From: an uncultured virus (IMG/VR IMGVR_UViG_3300025122_005623)
Taxonomy: Duplodnaviria > Heunggongvirae > Uroviricota > Caudoviricetes
Direction: 5' to 3' (one strand)
Virus record (IMG/VR): IMGVR_UViG_3300025122_005623
Length of the DNA: 64,000 nucleotides
Translations under genes and position numbers: made by a program
Notes under the pieces: model-generated
The model's input: the letters and a program-made list of their open reading frames with translations, nothing else
What the model was told of the DNA's origin: nothing
The model's database searches: none
Shown here: positions 27,273 through 36,085 of the stretch, piece by piece
How the letters are laid out: every line of letters begins with the position of its first letter
How positions within the stretch are numbered: the stretch's first letter is position 1

Positions 27273-28859
27273 CTATCCTTTAATGATCGCCGCATATTGC
27301 TCATTGAACTGTTTGGCTTCCTGTTGTCGAGTTTCTTCGCTGTGCTTCTTGTATCCAATCATCCCGGGAATAGTGGTGTTTATTGTCCGTGTAGAAGTTG
27401 ACATCGATAACAACGCGTTTTTATTATATTCTACTAATCTTTGGTTCTCAATCAAAACTGTATCTCTTACCCAGCACCCAATTGCAAATGACATAACCAA
27501 ATCATCATTATAGCTTCTCATCGCCTGCGCTCGGCCATTATGCCAAATAAATGTTTTCATCTCTGATATCAAACGATTAGAGTTAATCTTAATTAGTTTG
27601 TTCCTCATAAACTCTTCCATTTTTGCTATCACTAGTGGCCTTGTTTTAGACGATGTTGTAAATCCGGGAACGATATTTGACATCCATTGTGCCTGGAGGG
27701 GATCAACATAATCATGAGAAGACTTCGTAGAATGATAAATATTATTATAGTCCTTATCTTTCAGTTTATTAAGTACAGCAAATCCTATATTATTATTTTC
27801 AGCAACTATCATACAAGTTCCATATTCTTTTCCGGCGTTATATAATATATCTGCATAATCATCAGGATTTGGTTTGCCAATATATTCTGCTACTATTTCC
27901 ATGGTCTCTAACTTAAAAATATGAAAGGCTGAATTGTCTTGTCCATCTCCTCTGGCAATATCTGCCGAAAGAAGATATGAACTCTCTTCCTGATATTCTT
28001 CCCAAATCCAATAGTTGCGATCGAACCCGGTACGATATTTAGGTTCTTTGGTCTTTTCTAGATAATAGATTATATCATCAGGATGAATAACCGTCTCCCC
28101 CGAAACATTAAAGTTGCACTCCAGCTCTTGTGCAATCTGGCGTCTAGACATATTCAACGTTTCTTTTTCATACCATAATTGATCGCGATCAGGATGTACA
28201 TCCCACAGAAGCGTGGTCATATGGAACGGATTAGTGCCTGCTTCGGCATCGACGCAAGTTTTGTGAAACCAGTTTCCAACTCCGTTAGGGGTTGATAGGG
28301 CTATGCATCGACCACCAGTAGATAAGGTAGGATAGAGACCAGTCCACAATTCATCTAGCGACTCTACATGGGCGGCCTCATCAATTACCAAGAGAGACAG
28401 CGCCTCGGAGCGGCCGGCATCAACAGAGGTGGAAGATGCCTTAATTTGAGAGCCATTCGTAAGTTCGAATGAGGTTCGATTATCAATATTAATTTCAGAA
28501 ATTCTCATCCAAGGCGGGAGTTGTTTCATTATCTTCTTAACTTTGCGAACAAGATTTGTCGCCGTTTGAAGCTTGGTAGCTACAACTAAAATATTTTTAT
28601 CGCGATGGAACAGCATTAGCCACACCACGTATGCCGCTGTTATAGTAGAAATTCCAAGTTGTCTAGCTTTTAAGACAACGTTAAAACGATAATCATTAAA
28701 ATCTTTTAGGAGATCGTCCTGAAAATCATAAGTTTTAAAAGGGATGAGCCCTTTCTGTGGGTGGGAAATCTTACAATAGTTGGTAATGAAATGTACAGGC
28801 TCTTTGCCAGACTTTATTACCTCTTTCAGAATCTCCTGCTTTGTAAGCTGATAACCCAT
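27273..28859 (-). CDS. Terminase large subunit (T4 gp17-like)
   Basis: LKARQLGIST (Walker A), LLVIDEAA (Walker B), LSTPNG, QELECNF, nuclease domain SADIARGDGQD...NDDLVM. Confidence 0.97.
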   Translation of the reverse strand: MGYQLTKQEILKEVIKSGKEPVHFITNYCKISHPQKGLIPFKTYDFQDDLLKDFNDYRFNVVLKARQLGISTITAAYVVWLMLFHRDKNILVVATKLQTATNLVRKVKKIMKQLPPWMRISEINIDNRTSFELTNGSQIKASSTSVDAGRSEALSLLVIDEAAHVESLDELWTGLYPTLSTGGRCIALSTPNGVGNWFHKTCVDAEAGTNPFHMTTLLWDVHPDRDQLWYEKETLNMSRRQIAQELECNFNVSGETVIHPDDIIYYLEKTKEPKYRTGFDRNYWIWEEYQEESSYLLSADIARGDGQDNSAFHIFKLETMEIVAEYIGKPNPDDYADILYNAGKEYGTCMIVAENNNIGFAVLNKLKDKDYNNIYHSTKSSHDYVDPLQAQWMSNIVPGFTTSSKTRPLVIAKMEEFMRNKLIKINSNRLISEMKTFIWHNGRAQAMRSYNDDLVMSFAIGCWVRDTVLIENQRLVEYNKNALLSMSTSTRTINTTIPGMIGYKKHSEETRQQEAKQFNEQYAAIIKG

Positions 28860-28868
28860 AACACCCGT

Positions 28869-29414
28869 TTACTTACCCTTGCGTGTGTCGTTCTTGGGTC
28901 GCTTGTTGCCCGGGCCGAGAGCTAGCCAGTCGCGGATGGCCTTGTCAAGCCCCCCCTTGGCAGGTGCTTCTACTTCATCAACGTTCTCAATTCCGCCGAT
29001 TTTATAATCCTGCATGGCGCGGACATCGGTACGATAATTTGAAAGCTTTTGTACTAAGACGTCGGGCTCACCTGTTTTAGTGAGAGTAAGGCTGTTGCCT
29101 GTAACCACCTTATATTCTTTTTTGAGGAAGGAGGCTACCTTCCCAATCATAGAAACCATCTCATTTTCAAAACCTTTTTTGGCTACATCTTGAAGTCTGA
29201 TCTCGGAGCTGTAAACAATTTTTAATAGGGGACCATTAAATTGTATATGGAACCCGTCCGATACTCGACGGTCATTAATAAGATGTCCCTCTTCTCTCTT
29301 AAGTCCGGCCTTGCGCGGTCTTTCGTCAGCATTAAGGGAAGCATCGTGCGAGCCATCATAAGCATTGGCTGCGGCCTGGGCGATTCCCCGAATGATTTCT
29401 AGTGTGGTAGCCAT
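28869..29414 (-). CDS. Hypothetical protein upstream of terminase
   Basis: 181-aa ORF with AAGGAG RBS. Confidence 0.65.
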   Translation of the reverse strand: MATTLEIIRGIAQAAANAYDGSHDASLNADERPRKAGLKREEGHLINDRRVSDGFHIQFNGPLLKIVYSSEIRLQDVAKKGFENEMVSMIGKVASFLKKEYKVVTGNSLTLTKTGEPDVLVQKLSNYRTDVRAMQDYKIGGIENVDEVEAPAKGGLDKAIRDWLALGPGNKRPKNDTRKGK

Positions 29415-29417
29415 TAA

Positions 29418-29804
29418 TTAATTCTCCTTCTCTGGGCGCCATCCGGATGCCCAACGTTCTTCCCGGCTTTCTATCCATTTAACGTAACAAATGTGACAAC
29501 ATTCATATTTGTTCATATAAAGATTGTCACCCACATCAAACGAATACTTATCACAAACAGAACAAAGCCTATTTGTATCCTTATTAAGTAGTTTTTTGTT
29601 TATTAAAAATCCGTCTGTTTCTACTTTCTCAACTTGTGCTTCACTTTTTCGGGCTTTTTCTACCAAAAGCTTAGATTGTTCAATGTATTGTTGTTCTTTG
29701 ATCTCGTCCCAAAACTTGCGTGGATTGTCCACGGCTTCGGCGCCATACTTTTGTGCGATCGCTTTCTCTAACTTGGGAATGTAATTGGGATCTTTATCTG
29801 TCAT
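29418..29804 (-). CDS. Hypothetical protein with a putative Zn finger
   Basis: CSVC...CCHIC, ends REERW.SGWRP. Confidence 0.6.
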   Translation of the reverse strand: MTDKDPNYIPKLEKAIAQKYGAEAVDNPRKFWDEIKEQQYIEQSKLLVEKARKSEAQVEKVETDGFLINKKLLNKDTNRLCSVCDKYSFDVGDNLYMNKYECCHICYVKWIESREERWASGWRPEKEN

Positions 29805-29816
29805 GATCCGGCCACT

Positions 29817-30368
29817 CTAGATCTTATAGCCAAAAAATTGAGTATAACGCGCGTCGGCGGCGCCGATGATGTGTTCCGTGGCGACCGCGGCGTCGAAGTA
29901 CAGCGCGCTGACGTAGACGAGATCGCCTTTGGACAAATCTAATATGGCGGCGCCCTGCTGAGTAAAGTCCTCTCCCGCTGCGCCCGTAAGTCCGCCGGGG
30001 GCGTACGCGAGTTCGGAGGACTGGGTCGTTCCGGTGCCCCCGTCGCCCGTGTGGTTTAAATATAAAATAGTATAATCAAGAGTTGCCGCCATATTATACC
30101 ACACAACGCTAGTATAAAAATAATATCTTCCAGCATATGGGGCTCTATACTTATAAGTAGTAGCGTCATAACCAGTTCCGATAAACGCGGGGTAGGAAGC
30201 GGGCGGGTTTGCTGCAGCCGTCTCCGTATCAAATTGAACAATTGTTTCAACATTGTGGCTAATCGCCTGGGAGCTCCCCTCCCACGTGGTACTAAACGAT
30301 ACAGCCTCTAAATGTTTTTGGAGAAAGTGTAATAAAGCCTCGACAGATGCTACCTGCGGGATGGTCAC
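29817..30368 (-). CDS. C1q/TNF-like domain protein
   Basis: IVQFD, GYDATTYKYRAPYAGRYYF, GAAILDLSKGDLVYV and terminal FFGYKI match the gC1q pattern. Confidence 0.75.
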   Translation of the reverse strand: MTIPQVASVEALLHFLQKHLEAVSFSTTWEGSSQAISHNVETIVQFDTETAAANPPASYPAFIGTGYDATTYKYRAPYAGRYYFYTSVVWYNMAATLDYTILYLNHTGDGGTGTTQSSELAYAPGGLTGAAGEDFTQQGAAILDLSKGDLVYVSALYFDAAVATEHIIGAADARYTQFFGYKI

Positions 30369-30829
30369 TTAACTATTTCCGTTGATAAAGCAAAGATTCC
30401 CAACGAAGTTAAAGTACCTATTCCAAATCCCAGTGCTACGAGCCATGGCTCTTTAGAGGGCTTTTGTTTCGTTAGTAGGTCATAAAGTCTATCATTCTCT
30501 AGTGTTTTAAGAATCATCATCTGTTCATGGCGTGATTCCCATGACTTTATTTCTATGTCCTTGTAATTTAACTGTAATTCATAGCGCTGTTCTTGGAGAT
30601 GAAGCTCATATCCAATACGTAAATCGCACTCAGCGCCCTCAAATTTCTTATCTACGGCGATCTTTGCCGCGGCGTCCAGCGATAATAGGACTCCATCAAA
30701 TGGTGCAGGGTCGCCGGCTTCCAGTGAAACGATATCATACTCAGCGGGAGACTCATCTCCCTCTCCAAAAGCATAAGAGGGAAATACAAGATTAAAAATG
30801 ATTACTAATGATAATAATTTTCTAGCCAT
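30365..30829 (-). CDS. Secreted/periplasmic coiled-coil protein with a C-terminal TM helix (spanin-like?)
   Basis: N-terminal signal-peptide-like MARKLLSLVIIFNLVFPSYAFG; C-terminal PWLVALGFGIGTLTSLGIFAL. Confidence 0.5.
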   Translation of the reverse strand: MARKLLSLVIIFNLVFPSYAFGEGDESPAEYDIVSLEAGDPAPFDGVLLSLDAAAKIAVDKKFEGAECDLRIGYELHLQEQRYELQLNYKDIEIKSWESRHEQMMILKTLENDRLYDLLTKQKPSKEPWLVALGFGIGTLTSLGIFALSTEIVK

Positions 30830-31238
30830 TCTCTAGTCCGTACAATTTAGCTAGCTCTCTCGCCAACATGTCAGGATCATTATAGCTTTCTTCAACAAGC
30901 TTTTTAAGTTCCTTCTTTTTTTCAGAGTCCAGTGTTTCATTACGGCTTGCATATTCTTCTTCTAAGACCTTAAGGTTCTTATTATATTCTTCTAAAGCTT
31001 TACTTTTTTCTTCGGCCTCTTTTTTGTGGGTTTCATTAAGGATTTCAATCTCTTTTTTATAACTTTCGCGCGAACCTTCATACGCATCTATCACCGCAGC
31101 CAAAAAAGCTGAATTCCTGGTGAGGGCAAAAAGTAGCAGCCCCACAACCATCAATAAAAATAGAACAGGGGCCCACCAATGGGCCTTAGTCCACACCCAA
31201 GCCTTCTTTAGGAACGTTTTAATAGTTAACCACTTCAC
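30822..31238 (-). CDS. N-terminal TM plus coiled-coil protein (i-spanin-like topology)
   Basis: WWAPVLFLLMVVGLLLFAL followed by an E/K-rich coiled coil. Confidence 0.5.
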   Translation of the reverse strand: MKWLTIKTFLKKAWVWTKAHWWAPVLFLLMVVGLLLFALTRNSAFLAAVIDAYEGSRESYKKEIEILNETHKKEAEEKSKALEEYNKNLKVLEEEYASRNETLDSEKKKELKKLVEESYNDPDMLARELAKLYGLENG

Positions 31239-31423
31239 TACGGCACTCCCTTTAGTCTAGCCACTGTGTCAACAACCCCCTGTGTACCAATATACACAAC
31301 CGTAATCATGGTCCAGTCGCCCGATGAAAGATCGGCAAATCCCAATAAGCATGTCGCCGTAGCCCACGCCAACAGCTTACGAGAAACAACTTTGCTTAGC
31401 CCCTTATCAATCAAATGTTTCAT
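31238..31423 (-). CDS. Small two-TM holin-like protein
   Basis: 61 aa; SRKLLAW.. and W..ITVVYIG.QG.VD pattern; GGGAGGG RBS. Confidence 0.55.
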   Translation of the reverse strand: MKHLIDKGLSKVVSRKLLAWATATCLLGFADLSSGDWTMITVVYIGTQGVVDTVARLKGVP

Positions 31424-31470
31424 AACACCCTCCCTTCTATTTAATTAGTAAATAAAAAGAAAGACGGCAG

Positions 31471-34400
31471 CTACACTTCGACATGGGCATAAATGCCCTT
31501 TTTATCAATTATAATTTGGGTGTCTACACAGTCCTTTAGGCTATCAAGATGCGATATCAATATTACTGTTTTGAAAAAAGACTTGATCAAATCAAGGATA
31601 CGAATGAACCCCTCCATGTTATCGGCATCGAGTGATGTTCCCGGTTCATCGAGAATAAAGATATCCCCCTTTGGAAGATTAGAAACACTCAACAACGCCA
31701 AGCGAATAGCCATTGCGGCAATTGTTTTCTCTGCGCCGGACCCCATCTCTAAAGGTCTAGGTTCGTGCCTGGGGTGCTTGATAAAAATATTTAGCCGCTT
31801 CCCGTCATCTTCAAAAAACGCCTCAAAAGAAACAATGTTGGCCAGAACCTTCGCTATTTCATCATTAATTGCCGGCAATTGTTTCTTGATAATATCGTAG
31901 GCAATACCATTAGAATGCATACACCTCATATAAAGATCGTAAGCGGCATATTCTTGTTGAATGTCTTTAAGTTCTTTTTGTTGTTCCATCAAGTTGGTTA
32001 ACTTTTGTTCCAAAGAACCTTTAAGCTTATAATATTCTAAAACCATATTCTGGCATATCTTGTGTTCAGCTATAAGACCCTGCATTGCGTCCAGGACTTC
32101 CTGGCGCTGAGTCGCAAGATGTTCAAAGTTTTCTATATTCTCTCGATTGTCTTTATACTCTGCGATCTTTATTGCAAGACTGTCGAGTTCACTTTCATAT
32201 GATACAATCTTATTCTTTTCTCTCGCATATGAAAGCTGCAAATCCTTAAGATCGCTTTCGTTTACATTCCGCGTTGTCCCTAGTTCATCATACTTTTTAC
32301 GCTTAGCGGCCACCTTAGTGGGGTTTAGTTCTTCTAAAAACTTTTTAAGTTCTTTTGCTTCTTTCACGCTCTCAAGTATTTTGGTTTGTAGCTCGGGTGC
32401 TTCTTTCTTTGCTTTGTGAGCATCATGAATAAATTTACATTGCGGATACTCGTTCCCGCATGGGACCTCATCTAGTAACTTAAGTTTTGTACTCTTAGTA
32501 TTATAATCCTTTTGAAGCAGTCTTGCTTCCCCAACTATAGACTCCATCTCCTCCTGCTTTATGTCGATCAAGTTTTGCTTCTCGTCTAAATCGTCAATAT
32601 CAAATCTATTAATGAGTTCATCCAGGTTCCCAATAACACTTTTAAGTTCTTGTATTTTTTCACCACGCTCTTTGTTATGTTCCTGGGCTGCGGATAGGTT
32701 GGACTTTAGCTCAGCTTTCCTTTGTTCAGCATCGATAATGTCAACCACCTCGTGGGGAATTGAATCAATTAGTTCATTTACCTCGTCCAGCTGGCCATCT
32801 TTTACCTCAATCTCATCTTTTACTCTGTCGCATCTTTCTTCTTGTTCCGCAAGCTGCCCGTTGGTTTTTTTAATTTCTTCTTTGGCGTCATTTATATCCT
32901 CTTCAAAATTGCGATCTCCAATCCTGCGCAGCACCCCCTTTAGATCGGCGCTGTCTTCCTTCGCAAGCTTGTATTTCTTCTCAAACACCTCAAGATCTAA
33001 AAACTTGGCTAGTATCTCTTTGCGGCGTGTAGATCCCTCTTTGATGAAAGAGAGCGAATCTAATTGAGACGACATCGATGTTAAGAGAAAATCTTCTATC
33101 GTGCCAAAATGTTTACGAATAGCCGCATCGGTTTTCATCCTGGTAGTATCGTTAAGGCTGTGGTTCTCACTCATAATAGGATCGAAATAATCAAAATCCA
33201 AATCGGTCTTGGCCTCATCGGTTACTTCGCCCTTTAGCTTCTTAACATATTTCTCTGAACGACGATCGATTGTATATACTTTATCACCTATTTGAAGTTC
33301 TACTTTCCCAGCGCAACTTAATTTATGCTGGTTGATTACATTTAGGTTCTTGCGCTCATTTTTTGATGTTGTATTAAACATAGTATAAAGGAGACCATCA
33401 ACAATACTAGACTTGCCAGAAAAGTTCTTTCCAAAAATTCCAACGATGCCGTTTAGTTTTTCGAAATCAACTCTATTATTCTCACCATAGTTGAATAAGT
33501 TGTCCCATTCAAAATTGTTTAGCTTCCAGTTAATGTTTCTTGCTACATCTTCTGTGGCCTCGGCCAGCTTGTTATATTTCTGATTTAGATTGTTGACGCG
33601 GTCTATCATTTCACCTGACGCTTCGTAGTCTTTTAGATACTCTTTCATCAATCTTTCTTGTACAGAAATATCTCGAAGATTTTCTTTAAAAAAGCCGCGG
33701 CCGGAAGCATCAATGCTCCCTCTTTGACCCGCGGCCCTGTTCAAGAATGTAATACTCTCAGGAACAAATCGATGCTTAGCAACTTCCACCGCTCTCTTCA
33801 TAACGTTCAGTGGAAGATTGTTGTTGCTCACAAGCCGTATACGGGCCCCAGAGGGCACCGTCGTGCCCCGGGGCATCCTACCCTTCGGAGTGAGTTCAAT
33901 GGTCACAAAAGGCTTAGGATTGAGTAGTTTAACGTGTTTTACGCTGAACTCATCCTTGTCCTCTATCTCCCAAATCAGAAAGCCCTTGTCGTTTGTCTCG
34001 CCATGGTTCTGTTGCACGATCGATCCGCAATAGCGTACGCGGCCTTCAGTGTCAAGAACCTGATTAGTCTTATGAATATCGCCAAGCATCGCATAATCAT
34101 GATTAGCAAAAATAGATACATCATGATCACCATGTTCCATTACCCAACCAACGTCGGTTTGCACCCCGGCAATTGATCCGTGGTAAACAGCAATATTAAT
34201 CTTATTTGGATCCGATGGCTCAACCCAGTTATCCTCGTCAAATATAGAAAGGACGTTCAACGTTAGATCCGAATTCATTTTAACCTCACCTGAATTTTTT
34301 AATAAGTGAAGGTGCGGATGTTGTAATGCGGCCACGATCGGAGTGATCGCATCTTGTCGTGACGAGTTGCGTAAGTTGCCGTCGTGATTTCCCAGAATCA

Positions 34401-34626
34401 AATAAGTCGGCGCTATGTCTGCAAGAGTTGATAAAAAGTTTGAGCACATGTCAACAAACTCCGGGGAGATCTGTGTTTTGGTGTGGGCGATATCTCCGCC
34501 AATATAAATAAAATCTACTTCTTCTTCTCGTAACGTTTCATACATTTGTTCGAATACCTTGCGATATTCGTAATGATATTTTAGATTTTTAATGTGGACG
34601 TCTGCGCAGTGCGCAATCTTATACAT
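31471..34626 (-). CDS. Fused Mre11/SbcD nuclease plus Rad50/SbcC ATPase (T4 gp47-gp46-like)
   Basis: Metallophosphoesterase motifs ADVH, GGDIAH, LGNHD, YHG, LGDIH. Walker A GKNFSGKSS, coiled coil, signature GSGAEK, Walker B ILDEP, H-loop ISH. All in one ORF. Confidence 0.92.
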   Translation of the reverse strand: MYKIAHCADVHIKNLKYHYEYRKVFEQMYETLREEEVDFIYIGGDIAHTKTQISPEFVDMCSNFLSTLADIAPTYLILGNHDGNLRNSSRQDAITPIVAALQHPHLHLLKNSGEVKMNSDLTLNVLSIFDEDNWVEPSDPNKINIAVYHGSIAGVQTDVGWVMEHGDHDVSIFANHDYAMLGDIHKTNQVLDTEGRVRYCGSIVQQNHGETNDKGFLIWEIEDKDEFSVKHVKLLNPKPFVTIELTPKGRMPRGTTVPSGARIRLVSNNNLPLNVMKRAVEVAKHRFVPESITFLNRAAGQRGSIDASGRGFFKENLRDISVQERLMKEYLKDYEASGEMIDRVNNLNQKYNKLAEATEDVARNINWKLNNFEWDNLFNYGENNRVDFEKLNGIVGIFGKNFSGKSSIVDGLLYTMFNTTSKNERKNLNVINQHKLSCAGKVELQIGDKVYTIDRRSEKYVKKLKGEVTDEAKTDLDFDYFDPIMSENHSLNDTTRMKTDAAIRKHFGTIEDFLLTSMSSQLDSLSFIKEGSTRRKEILAKFLDLEVFEKKYKLAKEDSADLKGVLRRIGDRNFEEDINDAKEEIKKTNGQLAEQEERCDRVKDEIEVKDGQLDEVNELIDSIPHEVVDIIDAEQRKAELKSNLSAAQEHNKERGEKIQELKSVIGNLDELINRFDIDDLDEKQNLIDIKQEEMESIVGEARLLQKDYNTKSTKLKLLDEVPCGNEYPQCKFIHDAHKAKKEAPELQTKILESVKEAKELKKFLEELNPTKVAAKRKKYDELGTTRNVNESDLKDLQLSYAREKNKIVSYESELDSLAIKIAEYKDNRENIENFEHLATQRQEVLDAMQGLIAEHKICQNMVLEYYKLKGSLEQKLTNLMEQQKELKDIQQEYAAYDLYMRCMHSNGIAYDIIKKQLPAINDEIAKVLANIVSFEAFFEDDGKRLNIFIKHPRHEPRPLEMGSGAEKTIAAMAIRLALLSVSNLPKGDIFILDEPGTSLDADNMEGFIRILDLIKSFFKTVILISHLDSLKDCVDTQIIIDKKGIYAHVEV

Positions 34627-34637
34627 GCATGGGTTCC

Positions 34638-35579
34638 TTAAGCCAGTATAGTTCGTTGGAGTAGCTCATCGAAGTTCATTCGAGTAGCACTGTTTTTTCT
34701 GTTCTCGAACTCTTTCTTCGGCATCTCTCCAAGATCTTTATACGGATCTATATCTATCTTATACAATTCTACATCATATGTCAAGAGGTTTCTGATAATT
34801 TCGAGTGCTTTTCTTTCTGCGTCCGCGTCGAGTGCGACATATATCGACGCGTCTTTCTGTACAATTTTTCTGAAGAGACGTGAATCCACACGCAGAGTAG
34901 ACCCCAACAAAGGAACACTATTGCGGCCAGCCACAATGGCATCAAATACGCCCTCCACTAAAACTACATCGGTGGTCCAATCGATAAATAGATCATTAAA
35001 GACCACATCTCTGTCGACAGGTGGGTTTTTATATTTTGGATAGCCCTCATTATACGTGCGGGAAATAAAGTAATCAACGTTTCCATTTTCATTAAACGAA
35101 GGAATGATGATTCGATTCTCGTATTCTCCCGATGAGCAATACCCTATCTTCCACCAAACAATATCTTTCTTCGTGATGCCTCTCTCTTTTAAATACTTCC
35201 TCGCCATAAAACCACTAGGCGGCATATCTTTATTTGCTAGAGAGGTATACTCTTTTGGAAGAGGGACGGTCTGTTCGGGCTCTTTTTTCTTCTCAAAGAA
35301 ATCCAACATGTCCCACTGATCTATCTCATGATAATTTACTTCTGTGTCAAGTAATAACCAGTTTTGTCGATGTCTATACTCCCCAAATTTTCTAATAACA
35401 TGATAGATGTTGCGACCTCTCGTATCGCACACCCAACATTTATATACATTCTTTACTAGATTGACTGAGAACTTGGGCTTGTGATGACTGCAATAGGGAC
35501 AATTAAAAAGATATTCCCCATTTGTACGACGGCTATGACCAAGTATTTCTCTTAGGATGAAAAGTTTTTGTTCTTCCAT
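34638..35579 (-). CDS. DNA primase (Zn-binding domain plus TOPRIM)
   Basis: CPYC..H...KCWVC, YLKERGI, RIIIP, KYKNP, VEGVFDA, ALDADA. Confidence 0.9.
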   Translation of the reverse strand: MEEQKLFILREILGHSRRTNGEYLFNCPYCSHHKPKFSVNLVKNVYKCWVCDTRGRNIYHVIRKFGEYRHRQNWLLLDTEVNYHEIDQWDMLDFFEKKKEPEQTVPLPKEYTSLANKDMPPSGFMARKYLKERGITKKDIVWWKIGYCSSGEYENRIIIPSFNENGNVDYFISRTYNEGYPKYKNPPVDRDVVFNDLFIDWTTDVVLVEGVFDAIVAGRNSVPLLGSTLRVDSRLFRKIVQKDASIYVALDADAERKALEIIRNLLTYDVELYKIDIDPYKDLGEMPKKEFENRKNSATRMNFDELLQRTILA

Positions 35580-36085
35580 AAAGTATGCCCGGCACGAGCA
35601 ACAATCACGCTATCGGCCCTATCATAGTAGCCGGGCTTAGGATTGCCATGCTTAGTATATTCTACCTTAAATTGTGGCATCGTGTCAAGTATAAACTTTA
35701 AAACTTCTTCTTTCGCTTTTGTTCCGCGTGGAATCTTAATCTCACTAAGTTTTCTTGCTTGGCTGGCGCCCACAGACTTCGGATCCATATGAAAGGTGTC
35801 TCGAATAGCCACGGAAGCCATCCCATTAAATCTTTGTAAAATAGCCATTGTTTTGCCGCTAGAGCCGCCGCTATTAAAAAATACAAAGGGCTCTTCAATC
35901 CATATCTCTCGTACAACAGGCTGTAAAAATCTTATATTGTTTAGAAACTGACGAAAGACATCTATCTTTTCAAAGAGGCCGTTGCATTTTCTCAAATCGC
36001 AGTGCTCACAAAATATTATTTCTCCCTGCTTATCAATACAGGAAATACCAACAATGCTAGTACTAATGTCAAATCCTAAAAACAC
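35552..36085 (-). CDS. RuvC-like Holliday junction resolvase
   Basis: LGFDISTS.VG, IWIEEP and DRADS acidic catalytic motifs. Confidence 0.8.
   Translation of the reverse strand: MFLGFDISTSIVGISCIDKQGEIIFCEHCDLRKCNGLFEKIDVFRQFLNNIRFLQPVVREIWIEEPFVFFNSGGSSGKTMAILQRFNGMASVAIRDTFHMDPKSVGASQARKLSEIKIPRGTKAKEEVLKFILDTMPQFKVEYTKHGNPKPGYYDRADSVIVARAGHTLWKNKNFSS

Noticed and set aside
27273..34626. Inteins or introns in terminase or the MR fusion
   Set aside because: Terminase length is ordinary, no intein or homing-endonuclease motifs were seen, and the MR length is explained by two domains plus coiled coil.
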